The position numbers and the translations under genes were made by a program. From contig JBPYEZ010000123.1 of the NCBI GenBank assembly GCA_051984395.1, forward strand, positions 3,227 through 67,226: a DNA stretch of 64,000 bases, in the 5' to 3' direction. Below, one piece after another: positions 28,359-40,158 of the stretch. Source of the DNA: Acidimicrobiales bacterium. Lineage in GTDB: Bacteria > Actinomycetota > Acidimicrobiia > Acidimicrobiales > AC-9. The notes under the pieces were generated by a model. It worked only from the letters and a program-made list of their open reading frames with translations, was not told where the DNA came from and made no database searches. The first letter of the stretch is position 1, and each line of letters opens with the position of its first letter.

Positions 28359-29414
28359 CTACTCCTCGGACGGCCCTCCCGGGCCCGCCGTGAGACCGCT
28401 CTTGATCTCGGACAGGGCCGGGACGGGCCCTGGGTCGAGCCCCTCCTGGGCGGCCAGGTGCAACGAGACGAAGTCGCCGAAGATGACGAGGTCCAGAAGC
28501 TGGGCCAGGCGTCCCTCACCCTCGCCCTCGACCTCCTCGATCCCGGCGACCACCTCGCGCACGATGTCGTCTACCAGCTCGAAGCGACGAGCGATCCGGG
28601 GGTGCTCGTCACCGTGCCTGAGGTTCACGAGAGTGAGGAGCTGGCGGGTGATGTCCCCGTGCTGGCCCCATCCGGCCACCTCGTTGTGGCACAGCTCCGG
28701 CTGGGTCGCGGCGAAGGCCGGGGCCTTGGCGTTCTCGTTGACGTCCGCCTTCCAGCGCCAGGCGGCGACGGAGCCGATCCCGGCTGCCCCGTAGACGAGT
28801 GGGATCGTTCTCCCGATGCGACGGGCGAGCGCCTCGGCCGGGCTCGCCGGCCCGACGAGCTGGTCCCGGCGGCGCCGCAGCTGGGCGACAGCCTGATCGA
28901 CCCACCGTCGGGCGCCCGGGAGCAGGCGCAGGTCCTCGGCCACGGCGAGCAGCGGGACGGTCATGGCCCCCACAGCGGCGCGCGGCTGAGGAATGCCGTC
29001 GGGCACCGGCAGGACCGGTGCCCCCCAATCGTCGGCCCGCTTGGCCAGCTCGCCGCCGCTCGTGACCACGACCACTGCCGCGCCGCGTGACACCGCAGCC
29101 TGAGCGGCCTCCACCGTCTCCTCGGTGTCGCCAGAGAACGAGACGGCGAACACCAACGACGCCGGGCCGACGAAGCCCGGTGGGCAGTAGGACTTCACGA
29201 CCGAGACCGGCACGGCCAGCTCCGGGCCGGCCGTCGCCTGGAACACGTCGCCCGCGATTCCGCTGCCCCCCATGCCCAGCACCACCACGTTGGCGATCGA
29301 CCCGCGGGGCAGCGGGCCCGCCATCTGCTCGAAAGCCTGGGCGGCACTGGCGACCTGCTCGGGGAGCTGGGCGGCGGCGTCCCACATCCCCAGCGTGTCG
29401 AGCCGCTCGCTCAC
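28359..29414 (-). CDS. Bifunctional phosphoglucose/phosphomannose isomerase family protein (SIS domain)
   Basis: VVVLGMGGSGIAGDV and VFAVSFSGDTEETV are SIS motifs. The C-terminal part shows PELCHNEVAGW, typical of the PGI/PMI family. Confidence 0.85.
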   Translation of the reverse strand: MSERLDTLGMWDAAAQLPEQVASAAQAFEQMAGPLPRGSIANVVVLGMGGSGIAGDVFQATAGPELAVPVSVVKSYCPPGFVGPASLVFAVSFSGDTEETVEAAQAAVSRGAAVVVVTSGGELAKRADDWGAPVLPVPDGIPQPRAAVGAMTVPLLAVAEDLRLLPGARRWVDQAVAQLRRRRDQLVGPASPAEALARRIGRTIPLVYGAAGIGSVAAWRWKADVNENAKAPAFAATQPELCHNEVAGWGQHGDITRQLLTLVNLRHGDEHPRIARRFELVDDIVREVVAGIEEVEGEGEGRLAQLLDLVIFGDFVSLHLAAQEGLDPGPVPALSEIKSGLTAGPGGPSEE

Positions 29415-29677
29415 GCCGGCGCGCCGCCCGACGGGCTCTCCCCCGGATCGAAGGTCGGCCTGATTCCGTCCGTCTCGGCCTTCGCCACCAGGCGGCCATG
29501 CTCGCTGTCGTCCACCGTCTCGGCCTCGTCGATCAGCATGATCGGGATGTCGTCGCGGATGGCGTACCGCCGGTGGAGACGGGGGTTGTAGAGGCTGTCC
29601 TCGTCGGCGAAGTACAGCAGCGGTCCCTTGTCCTCGGGACAGGCCAGGATCTCCAGCAGCATCGGGTCGAGTGCCAC
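29411..29677 (-). CDS. Trm112-family small protein
   Basis: LLEILACPEDKGPL...IRDDIPIMLIDEA matches Trm112. A GTGA overlap joins it to the downstream isomerase, and a 1-nt gap separates it from the upstream mutase. Confidence 0.85.
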   Translation of the reverse strand: MALDPMLLEILACPEDKGPLLYFADEDSLYNPRLHRRYAIRDDIPIMLIDEAETVDDSEHGRLVAKAETDGIRPTFDPGESPSGGAPA

Positions 29678-29678
29678 C

Positions 29679-31073
29679 TCAGCTCTCCCTTCGGTGGATG
29701 GGACCGGCAGCGGCGACGTCCCCGGCGGTCCCGTCGATCAGCGACAGGATCTCGCCCAGGTGAGTGTCCCGCTCGGCCGGCGTTCGGGCTTCGAGGTTCA
29801 GACGGAGCAGTGGCTCGGTGTTCGAGGGGCGGACGTTGAACCACCACTCGCCCCAGTCGGCGGTCAGCCCGTCGGTGCGGTCGAGGGTCGCCCCGCTCGC
29901 CGAGGCCAGCTCGGTGGCGATCGACTCGACGATCCGACCAGGGTCGGAGACCTCGATGTTGATCTCCCCGGAATCGGAGTAGCGCTCGAACGGCCGGCGA
30001 AGCTCGGACAGCGGCTGGCCGGCTTTGGACAGCAGCTCCAGCACGATCACGGCGGCCACGAGCCCGGAGTCGGCCCGGTAGTTGTCCCGGAAGTAGTAGT
30101 GCCCCGAGTGCTCTCCGCCGAACACCGCTCCCGTCTCGGCCATCACCGCCTTGATGAAGGAGTGGCCCACGCGGGTGCGGACCGGCACCCCTCCGTTCTC
30201 CTGGATGATCTCGGGAACCGCCTTGGAGCAGATCAGGTTGTAGAGGACGGTTGCTCCGGGATGCTTCTCCAGCATCGCCTTGGCGACCAGCGCCGTGGTG
30301 AGGGATCCCGACAGGGGCTGGGCCTTCTCGTCGACGAGGAAGACCCGGTCGGCGTCACCGTCGAAGGCCAGGCCCACGTCGGCGCCGGTCTCCAGCACGC
30401 GCCGATTGAGATCGGCGAGGTTCTCGGGCTGGATGGGATCAGCGGGGTGATTGGGAAAGTTGCCGTCGAGCTCGGGGTAGAGGATCTCCAGCTTGAAGGG
30501 CAGCGGAGCGAGCACGCGGGGCACGACGAGCCCGCCCATGCCGTTGGCCGTGTCGGCCACGACTCGCAGGGGGGCCAGCGCGTCGACGTCCACGAACGAG
30601 CGCACGTGGGCCGCGTACTCGTCGAGCAGGTCGGCCTGCTCGACCCAGCCTCGCCCCCTCCCTCCGGGACTCGTGACGCCGGCGGCCAAGGCCTTGATCT
30701 CCCCCAACCCCGTGTCCCGGCCGACCGGGCGCGCCCCGGCCCGGCACAGCTTGATGCCGTTGTAGCGCGCCGGATTGTGCGACGCCGTGAACATGGCGCC
30801 CGGCACGTCGAGCCGGCCCGAGGCGAAGTAGAGCAGGTCCGTCGACGCCAGACCGAGGTCGGCCACGTCAGTCCCCTCGGAGACGGCGCCGGCGATGAAC
30901 GCCTCGCTGAGCGGGACGCCCGACTCGCGCATGTCACGTCCGACCACGATTCGCTCCGCCCCGGTGAACCGGGCGAACGCCGAGCCGACGGCGCGGCAGA
31001 CCTCGGCATCGAGTTGGTCCGGCACGCTGCCGCGCACGTCGTAGGCCTTGAAGATGGGGTCGAGTGGCAGCAT
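29679..31073 (-). CDS. Phosphomannomutase/phosphoglucomutase
   Basis: The active-site loop is FTASHNPARYNGIK, the metal site is FDGDADR, and the sugar-binding segment is GGEHSGHYYF. Confidence 0.93.
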   Translation of the reverse strand: MLPLDPIFKAYDVRGSVPDQLDAEVCRAVGSAFARFTGAERIVVGRDMRESGVPLSEAFIAGAVSEGTDVADLGLASTDLLYFASGRLDVPGAMFTASHNPARYNGIKLCRAGARPVGRDTGLGEIKALAAGVTSPGGRGRGWVEQADLLDEYAAHVRSFVDVDALAPLRVVADTANGMGGLVVPRVLAPLPFKLEILYPELDGNFPNHPADPIQPENLADLNRRVLETGADVGLAFDGDADRVFLVDEKAQPLSGSLTTALVAKAMLEKHPGATVLYNLICSKAVPEIIQENGGVPVRTRVGHSFIKAVMAETGAVFGGEHSGHYYFRDNYRADSGLVAAVIVLELLSKAGQPLSELRRPFERYSDSGEINIEVSDPGRIVESIATELASASGATLDRTDGLTADWGEWWFNVRPSNTEPLLRLNLEARTPAERDTHLGEILSLIDGTAGDVAAAGPIHRRES

Positions 31074-31100
31074 GAGACAGCCGAGCCTACTTCGCTTCTC

Positions 31101-33554
31101 CTACGACCCCGGAGGCCGGGACCGTGTCGTCGGTCCGGTGATCTGGCTCCATGGCATCGGCGAGAGCGCACCGATGCGGTTGAGGGCCGTCTCCAGCTCC
31201 CGCGCGTCCGTCTGCCCGTCTCCGTCGTCGCCACTGGTGCCGGAGCGGACGATCCGCCGACGTCGCCGCGGACCCCGCGAGACGTACGGGCGCGCTCCCA
31301 TCCAGACCACGGCCACCAACCCGATCGCGGTCACGGCCCAGCCCAACCCGTCGACGGGGGTGAAGCCATAGTGCAGCGACACGTGGTGGCTGGTCGGGAC
31401 GACCACCATGAGGTTGGGCGCCACTCGCCACGGACCCTTGGCCCCGGTGGCCTGCCAGTTGGGGAAGTAGGACGTCTTCACCAGCACCGGCGACCCCGTC
31501 CGGTCGACGTCGAAGCTGATGCGATCGTCAGTCGTCGTGATCCTGCTGACCTGTGCCGGGGTCACCGCCTGCGCCGGCGGGTTGGGATCGGCACCGCGGA
31601 CCCGCGTCCATTGAGCGGGCCCACTGGCCGCCAGCATGACGTTCCACCGGCTGGGGTCGTCGTACCAGGAGACGGCGGCGTTCAGCCAGGACTTTCCGCC
31701 CTTGGCCACTCCCGTCATCACCACGGGTTGCGCGGTGAGGGGGCTCACCTCCGCCGCGCCCCGCACCTGGTAGATGTTCCAGGTCCGCTGGATCACGGTG
31801 GTGCCCGACGTGACCGGCCACGGACCGCTCGTGGCCACGAGGCTGAGGTCGGGGTCGGACGCCGCCTGGGCCTGAGCCTGAGGCGAGAAGGCCATGTAGT
31901 AGCGGACCCCGAGGAGCTGGAGATGCCGCACGCCGGCGGCGACGTCGAGTGGACCGTAGGGCAGGTTGCGCATGGCCTGCGACGGTGTCACCGAGAGCTC
32001 GGACTGGTTGATGAAGTGGTATGGCGTGCTGGCGGCCGACTCGAAGAACAGTCCCTCCATGGACTGGATGCAGTCGTTGGTCCAGTACGGCAGCAGCATC
32101 AGGGCCATGGGCGTGCCCAGCTGGTCGAGATCAGGCCCGTACTCCCACATGGCGCGACCGCAGCCCTGTTGCTTGCCCAGCCTGGCCATGGTGGCGATCA
32201 GGGCGTGGTACTGCGGGTAGGCGGCCTTGCCCTCGTAGCCGGTGTAGTTCCAGCGCACCCAGTCGGGGACGAAGCTGGCCGCCGGCTTGACCGGCGACCA
32301 GGAGGGCAGCTTCACGAGAGGAGCAGCCACGAAGCCGACCGCGGCGACCAGCGCCAGCACCGGCGTGAGGAAGCCGACCAGACCGTCGGTCCTGACGCCT
32401 TCGTCGGGTACCGGCGATGCGACGTAGCCGCCGCCGGCCGCGGTCGACAGCCATCGCTGCCGGCGCGCATTGCGCCACAGCTGCCCGGCCAGCGTGCCCA
32501 GCTCGGCGACCGCCACCCCGGCCAGCAGATAGAGGCACAGGACCCAGAACGGCAGCAGGCGGGCGTTGTAGAGCCGCCCTTGAGGGGCCAGCACGAACCC
32601 GGCGGCGGACAGGACGGCCATGATGCCGAGAAACATCCCGATCCGCCGGCGGCGGAGGACGGAGAAGGCGACACCGATGATGGCGAGCACGAGCACCCAG
32701 CGCTGGCCCGACGGGAACAGGCTCTGGACGTAGTTGTCGACCTTCTCCCAGCCCATGTCCGTCGTGTACGGGAGGCGGGCCAGGAACGGGATCGACCAGA
32801 ACCCGGTGATGGCCACTCCGGCCGCCACGACGCTGACGATCCACTTGATCCGTCGGCGATCCGCGGCCATGAGGAACAGGACCGCCGCGCCGACGAGCAC
32901 GAAGAAGGTCGGGATCATGTGACACAGCGCGGTGAGCGCGAGCAGGCCTGCGGCGAGGGCGCGGTGCTTCCCGGTTCGCAGGCCACGCGCCACCACGCCG
33001 AGGAACACCAGTCCGATCGACAGGCTGATCGAGAAGGCGAACTCGCCGGCGAGGGTCGAGGCGATGTTGCCGCCATAGATCGTGAAGCTGCGCTCGAACA
33101 GGAACGGCAGTGTGGCCACGCTCAGACATGCCGGCCCGGGACGGGCCATCCCGGACAATCGTCCGAAGGCCCACGCCGCCACCGGCAGGGTCAGGAGGCC
33201 GAGGACGGTGACGAGCTTGAACGCGATGTTGTACGGCAGGACGAGGTTGAAGGCGACGACGATGAGGCTGGGCAGCGGGAAGTAGAAGGTGAGGGCCGGG
33301 TAACCGCCGTACCAGTCGGGGCTCCAGCCCGTGAGGCGCCCGTGCGGAAGAAGGTGGTCGCGCAGAAACGCGGGCAGGGCGACGTGGGCGCCGGTGTCCC
33401 CGCCGGATGTCGTCGTGTTGAGCAGCAGCAGGGACGGGTGCAGCTGCCAGGCGACGAAGGCGACGACGCCGCTAACGGCGACGAAGGCTCCAACGGCAGC
33501 GGCGGAAGGGCGACGCATCTCCGCCCTATGTTGCCCGACGCGCCCCCGGGGCAC
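31101..33554 (-). CDS. Large polytopic membrane protein, GT-C-like (PTPS-related/COG5617-type) putative polyprenyl-phosphate-dependent glycosyltransferase
   Basis: The ORF is 817 aa. The N-terminal half has at least 12 hydrophobic helices and the motif GGDTGAHV...GWSPDWYGGYPALTFYFPLP. The C-terminal ~400 aa are soluble. ATG at 33518 is an alternative start. The family assignment is from memory. Confidence 0.8.
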   Translation of the reverse strand: MPRGRVGQHRAEMRRPSAAAVGAFVAVSGVVAFVAWQLHPSLLLLNTTTSGGDTGAHVALPAFLRDHLLPHGRLTGWSPDWYGGYPALTFYFPLPSLIVVAFNLVLPYNIAFKLVTVLGLLTLPVAAWAFGRLSGMARPGPACLSVATLPFLFERSFTIYGGNIASTLAGEFAFSISLSIGLVFLGVVARGLRTGKHRALAAGLLALTALCHMIPTFFVLVGAAVLFLMAADRRRIKWIVSVVAAGVAITGFWSIPFLARLPYTTDMGWEKVDNYVQSLFPSGQRWVLVLAIIGVAFSVLRRRRIGMFLGIMAVLSAAGFVLAPQGRLYNARLLPFWVLCLYLLAGVAVAELGTLAGQLWRNARRQRWLSTAAGGGYVASPVPDEGVRTDGLVGFLTPVLALVAAVGFVAAPLVKLPSWSPVKPAASFVPDWVRWNYTGYEGKAAYPQYHALIATMARLGKQQGCGRAMWEYGPDLDQLGTPMALMLLPYWTNDCIQSMEGLFFESAASTPYHFINQSELSVTPSQAMRNLPYGPLDVAAGVRHLQLLGVRYYMAFSPQAQAQAASDPDLSLVATSGPWPVTSGTTVIQRTWNIYQVRGAAEVSPLTAQPVVMTGVAKGGKSWLNAAVSWYDDPSRWNVMLAASGPAQWTRVRGADPNPPAQAVTPAQVSRITTTDDRISFDVDRTGSPVLVKTSYFPNWQATGAKGPWRVAPNLMVVVPTSHHVSLHYGFTPVDGLGWAVTAIGLVAVVWMGARPYVSRGPRRRRRIVRSGTSGDDGDGQTDARELETALNRIGALSPMPWSQITGPTTRSRPPGS

Positions 33555-33599
33555 TGTACGGGGGGGCGGTCGACGCCGGTCCGGGGAGCGGGGACCCCC

Positions 33600-34535
33600 C
33601 TAGCGGTTCAGCGCCAGCACCAGCACGGTGACGGCGTTGAAGGTGGCGTGGGCGACGATGCCCGGTCCCAGGCGACGCCACTGCTCGGCCAGCACGCCGA
33701 GGACGACGCCGAAGGCGGTGAGCCCCAGCAGTTGCAGGAGCTCCAGGTGGGCCAGGCCGAAGGCCACGGCCGAGATGAGCACGGCGACCGTCGGGCAGGC
33801 GCGGCGGCCGAGCGATGCCAGCCCCTTGGTCTTCTCGAGGGAGCGCAGCAGGAGTCCCCGGAAGAACAGCTCCTCGACCAGTGGGGCCCCGAGGACCACG
33901 AAGATGCCCAGCACGACGAGGCCGGCGGTGTCCGCACCGCCCGTGAGGTGCTGGGCGGGCTGGCCGAGCTGCTGGTCCAGATGGGGCACCAGCACCCGGA
34001 CCGGGATGTAGAGCACCGGCAGGAGGATCAGCTGGGAGCCCAACCCGACGCCCAGCCCGAGAGGCACGTCGGGCCAGACCTTGAGGCGCAGCCCGAAGTC
34101 GACCGCCAGCTGCTTGGCGCCCTTCAGGCGGCTGGCGAGGACGGGCGCCCCGGCGAGACCGACCCAGAGGCCGACCAGCGAGAAGACAGTGGCCCCGACG
34201 GTCGAGGTCGACGAGCTTGTCGTCCGCTCACCCGTCACGCCGACCCAGATCACCACGGCCAGGCTGGAGGTGATCACCCCGACGACGAAGCCGAGGATGG
34301 CGTCGCCCAGGCCCCAGCGAGCCTGGGCCGGTGGCGACGGCCGCCCGGTCCCGTCAGGTGGTGGCGAGGACCGGCCGACCCATCCAACCGGCGGAGGTGG
34401 CCGGCCGTCGGGTGTTCCACCGCGCCCCGGTCGCCATCCAGCGGGCGGTGGGATGTCCCAACTCGAGCCCGGTGCGTTCCACGGCTGATCGGCCCCACGC
34501 TCACCAGGCGAGCCCCAGGGCTCGGGTCCTGTCAC
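33600..34535 (-). CDS. CPBP family intramembrane glutamic endopeptidase (CAAX protease-like) with Pro-rich N-terminus
   Basis: EELFFRG, FGLAH and HATFN motifs are present. The start is uncertain: GTG at 34535 is chosen, and the frame stays open to 34724. Confidence 0.8.
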   Translation of the reverse strand: MTGPEPWGSPGERGADQPWNAPGSSWDIPPPAGWRPGRGGTPDGRPPPPVGWVGRSSPPPDGTGRPSPPAQARWGLGDAILGFVVGVITSSLAVVIWVGVTGERTTSSSTSTVGATVFSLVGLWVGLAGAPVLASRLKGAKQLAVDFGLRLKVWPDVPLGLGVGLGSQLILLPVLYIPVRVLVPHLDQQLGQPAQHLTGGADTAGLVVLGIFVVLGAPLVEELFFRGLLLRSLEKTKGLASLGRRACPTVAVLISAVAFGLAHLELLQLLGLTAFGVVLGVLAEQWRRLGPGIVAHATFNAVTVLVLALNR

Positions 34536-34713
34536 GTCCTGGCCGGGTCCCTCATCCCGACGTCCCTCACCCCGACCGACGCTCACCCTCGACGCGCGGC
34601 GCAAGACCAGCGCCCGCTGCCGCGGAGAGAGACGTCCATGTCCCGCGACGTTACCGCCGGGACTGGCCAAGCGTGCCCCCCCGGGGCTTCGGTATCCCGC
34701 CCGGCCCTCTAGC

Positions 34714-36861
<2,148 letters not shown>

Positions 36862-37025
36862 CCATCCGCCCGCTCGCGATCGGGATCGATCGACACGTGG
36901 ATCCGCTGGCTCGCCTGGCGAGGGACGCCGCCTACGTCGCCGTGGGATTCGGGGTGCTCGGGTTCCAGCGGGCCCAGGTGCGGCGACGGGAGCTCCACAA
37001 GCGACTGGAGGCGCTCGCCTCCCAG

Positions 37026-37922
37026 TTAGCCGCCGGCGGCCCGCCAGTGGTCGACCACCGCCCGGAGCGTGGTGTCGAGAGGGATCTCGGGTCGCCAGCC
37101 GGTGGCGGATCGCAGAAGGGTTGAGTCCCCCCGCAGCACGGGCACATCGGCAGGACGCTCGAGCGCTGGATCCACCTCGAGCTCGAGGTCCGACCCGGCG
37201 ATCGCCAACAGGCGGTGGGCGACATCCTCGATGGCCACGTCGGTGCCGGAGCACACGTTGTACACGCCGCCGGCCTCGCCCCGGAGGAGGAGCAGCCGGT
37301 AGGCCCGGACCACATCGCGCACATCGGTGAAGTCGCGCCGGGGCCGCAGGTTGCCGACAGGCAGCTTCTTGCCCCCCGCCCGCTCGGCCTCCACGATCCG
37401 CTTGGCCAGAGCGGAGACGGCGAAAGCGGGCGCCTGTCCCGGCCCGACGTGGTTGAAGGCGCGGGCCCGAATGACGGGAAGGCCATGGCCCAGATGAGCC
37501 TGCACCCCGAGGAACTCGGCCGCCACCTTGCTCGACGCATAGGGCGAGACGGGCAGGAGCGGGGAGCGCTCGGTGAGCGGCAGGTGCTCGGGCTTGACCG
37601 CGCCGTAGACCTCGGCCGAGCTGGTCAGCAGGACCCGGGGGGGCGCCGGGCAACAGCGGGCCGCCTCGAGCAGGGTGAGCGTCCCGACGGCGTTGACCCG
37701 GAAGACCTCCTCGGGCTGGTCCCACGACTGGCCCACGTGGGTGAAGGCAGCCAGGTGGTAGACGGCATCGGGCGCCGCGTCCAGAAGCGCACGACGGAGC
37801 CCGTCGGCATCGGCGATATCGAGCCCGGCGTCCGCGACGGTCACCTCGTCGGCCGACTCCCGGAGATGGGCCTGGAGCCAGGTCCCGACGAAGCCCTGCC
37901 CTCCCGTGACGAACGCTCGCAC
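37026..37922 (-). CDS. NAD-dependent epimerase/dehydratase family protein (GDP-6-deoxy-mannose reductase-like)
   Basis: VTGGQGFVGTWL, SSAEVYG and the catalytic YASSK are present. Confidence 0.88.
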   Translation of the reverse strand: MRAFVTGGQGFVGTWLQAHLRESADEVTVADAGLDIADADGLRRALLDAAPDAVYHLAAFTHVGQSWDQPEEVFRVNAVGTLTLLEAARCCPAPPRVLLTSSAEVYGAVKPEHLPLTERSPLLPVSPYASSKVAAEFLGVQAHLGHGLPVIRARAFNHVGPGQAPAFAVSALAKRIVEAERAGGKKLPVGNLRPRRDFTDVRDVVRAYRLLLLRGEAGGVYNVCSGTDVAIEDVAHRLLAIAGSDLELEVDPALERPADVPVLRGDSTLLRSATGWRPEIPLDTTLRAVVDHWRAAGG

Positions 37923-37933
37923 GGCGGCTCACG

Positions 37934-39091
37934 CTAGTCGGGCTCTCGCGGACCCTTTCGGGAGGCGATCGCCGCTCGATAGGCGTCAACGTGCCCGGCC
38001 GCACTGGCCGGCCAGTTGTGCCGGGCGGCCACTGCCAGCCCCCGCGTCCTCCGGGCGACCAGACCGTCGTCGCGCCGCACCAGGAGGTCGAGCGCACCGG
38101 CGAGGCCGTCGACGTCGCCGGGGGCGACCAGCACCGCGGCCCCCTGTACCACCTCCTGCATAGCCGAGCCCGTGGTGGTGACGAGCGGGGCGCCGCACGC
38201 CAGCGCCTCCAGGGCCGGCAGCCCGAAGCCCTCCTCCAGAGAGGGATAGGCGACCGCCGCGGCCTGCCGCAGCAGGGCGGCGACCAGGTTGTCGGCGACA
38301 TAGCCGGCGCGCACGACGCGGTCGCCGTGGCGGGCCTCGGCGATCGCCTCGTCGACCGCCGCCGCCCCCCAGCCGGCTCCGCCGGCCAGCACGAGGCTGA
38401 GCCCGGGATGGGCGGCGCACATCCGGTCGAAGGCCCGCACCAGGGTGGGCACGTCCTTGCGGGGCTCGAGCGTGCCCACGAAGGCCACGTAGGGGCCGGT
38501 GATACCGAGGCGGACCAGCTCCGCCCTGTCGGCCCCCGGCGCCGGCTCGTCGGGCCGGAAGCGCTCGTGGTCGACGCCGTGCGGCACGACGTGGACCGGC
38601 CCTGTCGGCGGGCAGATCTCCGAGAGGCGCTCGGCGGTGCGGGCGCTCACGCACACCAGCGCATCGGCGTGGCGAGCCGCCACGCGGATGGCCCGGCGGA
38701 AGAACGGGATGCGCGTCCGACGGTGCCACTCGGGATGGTCGAAGAACGTCAGGTCGTGGATGGTCACGACCCGGGGCAGCGACGACGCTTCGGGCATCGT
38801 GTAGTGAGGGCCGTGATGCACATCGACGGGGAGCCGGCGCAACCGCATCGGCAGCCGGGACTGCTCCCACGCCAGGCGCACCGGGCGCGGAGCCGGGGCC
38901 ACCGCCTCCACCGCGGCATCCGGCGCCAGCGCCCGCCAACGCTCGGCGTCCTCGGATCGCGACACCAGCGTCAGCTCAACGTCGGATCGGTCCGCCAGCG
39001 CCGCAGCCAACCCCAGCGTGTACCGGCCTGCGCCCGCCGGCTCTGCCGGCACCGCGCTGACGTCGAGGCTGAGACGTACGAGATCGGTCAC
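37934..39091 (-). CDS. Glycosyltransferase family 4 (GT-B)
   Basis: GTGA overlap with the upstream GT4 stop. GTLEPRKD and PSLEEGFGLPALEALACGAPLV (the EX7E region) are present. Confidence 0.9.
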   Translation of the reverse strand: MTDLVRLSLDVSAVPAEPAGAGRYTLGLAAALADRSDVELTLVSRSEDAERWRALAPDAAVEAVAPAPRPVRLAWEQSRLPMRLRRLPVDVHHGPHYTMPEASSLPRVVTIHDLTFFDHPEWHRRTRIPFFRRAIRVAARHADALVCVSARTAERLSEICPPTGPVHVVPHGVDHERFRPDEPAPGADRAELVRLGITGPYVAFVGTLEPRKDVPTLVRAFDRMCAAHPGLSLVLAGGAGWGAAAVDEAIAEARHGDRVVRAGYVADNLVAALLRQAAAVAYPSLEEGFGLPALEALACGAPLVTTTGSAMQEVVQGAAVLVAPGDVDGLAGALDLLVRRDDGLVARRTRGLAVAARHNWPASAAGHVDAYRAAIASRKGPREPD

Positions 39092-40152
39092 AGCAGCTGC
39101 TCCCAGAGCGCCACATGACGGCGTGCGGTGGACTCCCAGGTGACGTGCTCCACGCGTCTGCGTGCGCTGGCGACGAGCCCGTCTCTGACCGGGCCGTCGA
39201 GCGAGGCGCGCACCAGCCCCTCGGCGATGGCGTCGACGCTCAGGGGGTCCACCTCGATCGCCGCACCCTGGGTGCTGGGCATGGGGCTGGCCACGACCGG
39301 TGCGCCCGCGGCCATCGCCTCGAGAGCGGGCAGACCGTAGCCCTCGTGGAGCGGGACGTAGGCCAGACACCGGCACCCTGCGTACAGAGCGGCCAGGACG
39401 GTCGCCGGCACCTCTCCCAGCGGCACGACCCCCGGACGAGGGTGCAGCGCGCCCCCCCATCCATGGGGACCGACGACCACGAGCGGCCATGGCTCCGGCA
39501 GGCGGGACCGGGCCCGGTCGAAGGCGTCGCACAGACGCTCGAGGTTCTTCCTGGGCTCGTTGGTTCCCACACTCAGAAGGTATGGCGTCTCGACGCCAGC
39601 GCGGCCCAGAAGCTCGCGGGCGGCCGCGTCATCGGCCCTCGGCAGATGGTCGGCGCCCTCCTCGAACTGCGCCACCCGCTCTGGCGGAGCTCCGGCGTCC
39701 CGGAGCGCCGCTGCGGTCGCGGCTGACGGCGCCAGCAGGAGGCGTGCTCGTCGCAGCGCCCGTCGCAGCGCGGCCTCGTGCCACCGACGCCCCCGAGCCG
39801 GGAACGCATCCGGCACCTCGCGCCAGGCCAGGTCGTGGACGGTCGCCACGGACGGCGCCCGGCTGCGGGGAACGGCGAGCGAGACGGCGTGCACCAGGTC
39901 GAACCCGTCCGGCGCGCCGAGGACGCCGAGGTCCCACGCCCGGGTGAGCAGCGGCCCCGGGAGCGACGAGGCCACGACCGGCACTCCGAGCGAGGCGAGC
40001 GGATCGATGCCGGCGCCGGGTGAGCTGGCAAGGAGGGCGATCTCGGGAGCAGGGTTCAGGCGCCCCAGTCCGTGCAGCAGACCGCGTGCGTAGGTGCCGA
40101 TGCCGCCAGGGGCCCTCCTGCGCAGCTGCTCGACGACGATCAGGACCCTCAC
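39088..40152 (-). CDS. Glycosyltransferase family 4 (GT-B)
   Basis: MRVLIVVEQLRRRAPGGIGTY, GTNEPRKN and PLHEGYGLPALEAMAAGAPVV are present. Confidence 0.9.
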   Translation of the reverse strand: MRVLIVVEQLRRRAPGGIGTYARGLLHGLGRLNPAPEIALLASSPGAGIDPLASLGVPVVASSLPGPLLTRAWDLGVLGAPDGFDLVHAVSLAVPRSRAPSVATVHDLAWREVPDAFPARGRRWHEAALRRALRRARLLLAPSAATAAALRDAGAPPERVAQFEEGADHLPRADDAAARELLGRAGVETPYLLSVGTNEPRKNLERLCDAFDRARSRLPEPWPLVVVGPHGWGGALHPRPGVVPLGEVPATVLAALYAGCRCLAYVPLHEGYGLPALEAMAAGAPVVASPMPSTQGAAIEVDPLSVDAIAEGLVRASLDGPVRDGLVASARRRVEHVTWESTARRHVALWEQLL

Positions 40153-40158
40153 TGGATC

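Noticed and set aside
29628-34712. A 1694-aa stop-free ORF on the plus strand, the longest ORF in the track
   Set aside because: It is antisense to three well-supported minus-strand genes (phosphomannomutase, the GT-C-like membrane protein, the CPBP protease). Its translation is monotonous Arg/Gly/Pro/Asp/His-rich with no recognisable domain, TM segment or ribosome-binding site. Long antisense open frames are an expected artefact of very high GC with GC-rich third positions.
36897-37124. A 75-aa plus-strand ORF just after ftsH. Its first 43 aa (MDPLARLARDAAYVAVGFGVLGFQRAQVRRRELHKRLEALASQL) look like a genuine amphipathic or TM small protein.
   Set aside because: It uses a GTG start with no clear ribosome-binding site. 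Its last ~33 codons overlap the 3' end of the well-supported convergent epimerase gene (37026-37922) and are low-complexity. I cannot decide from sequence alone, so it is left uncalled. Ribosome profiling or conservation analysis would settle it.
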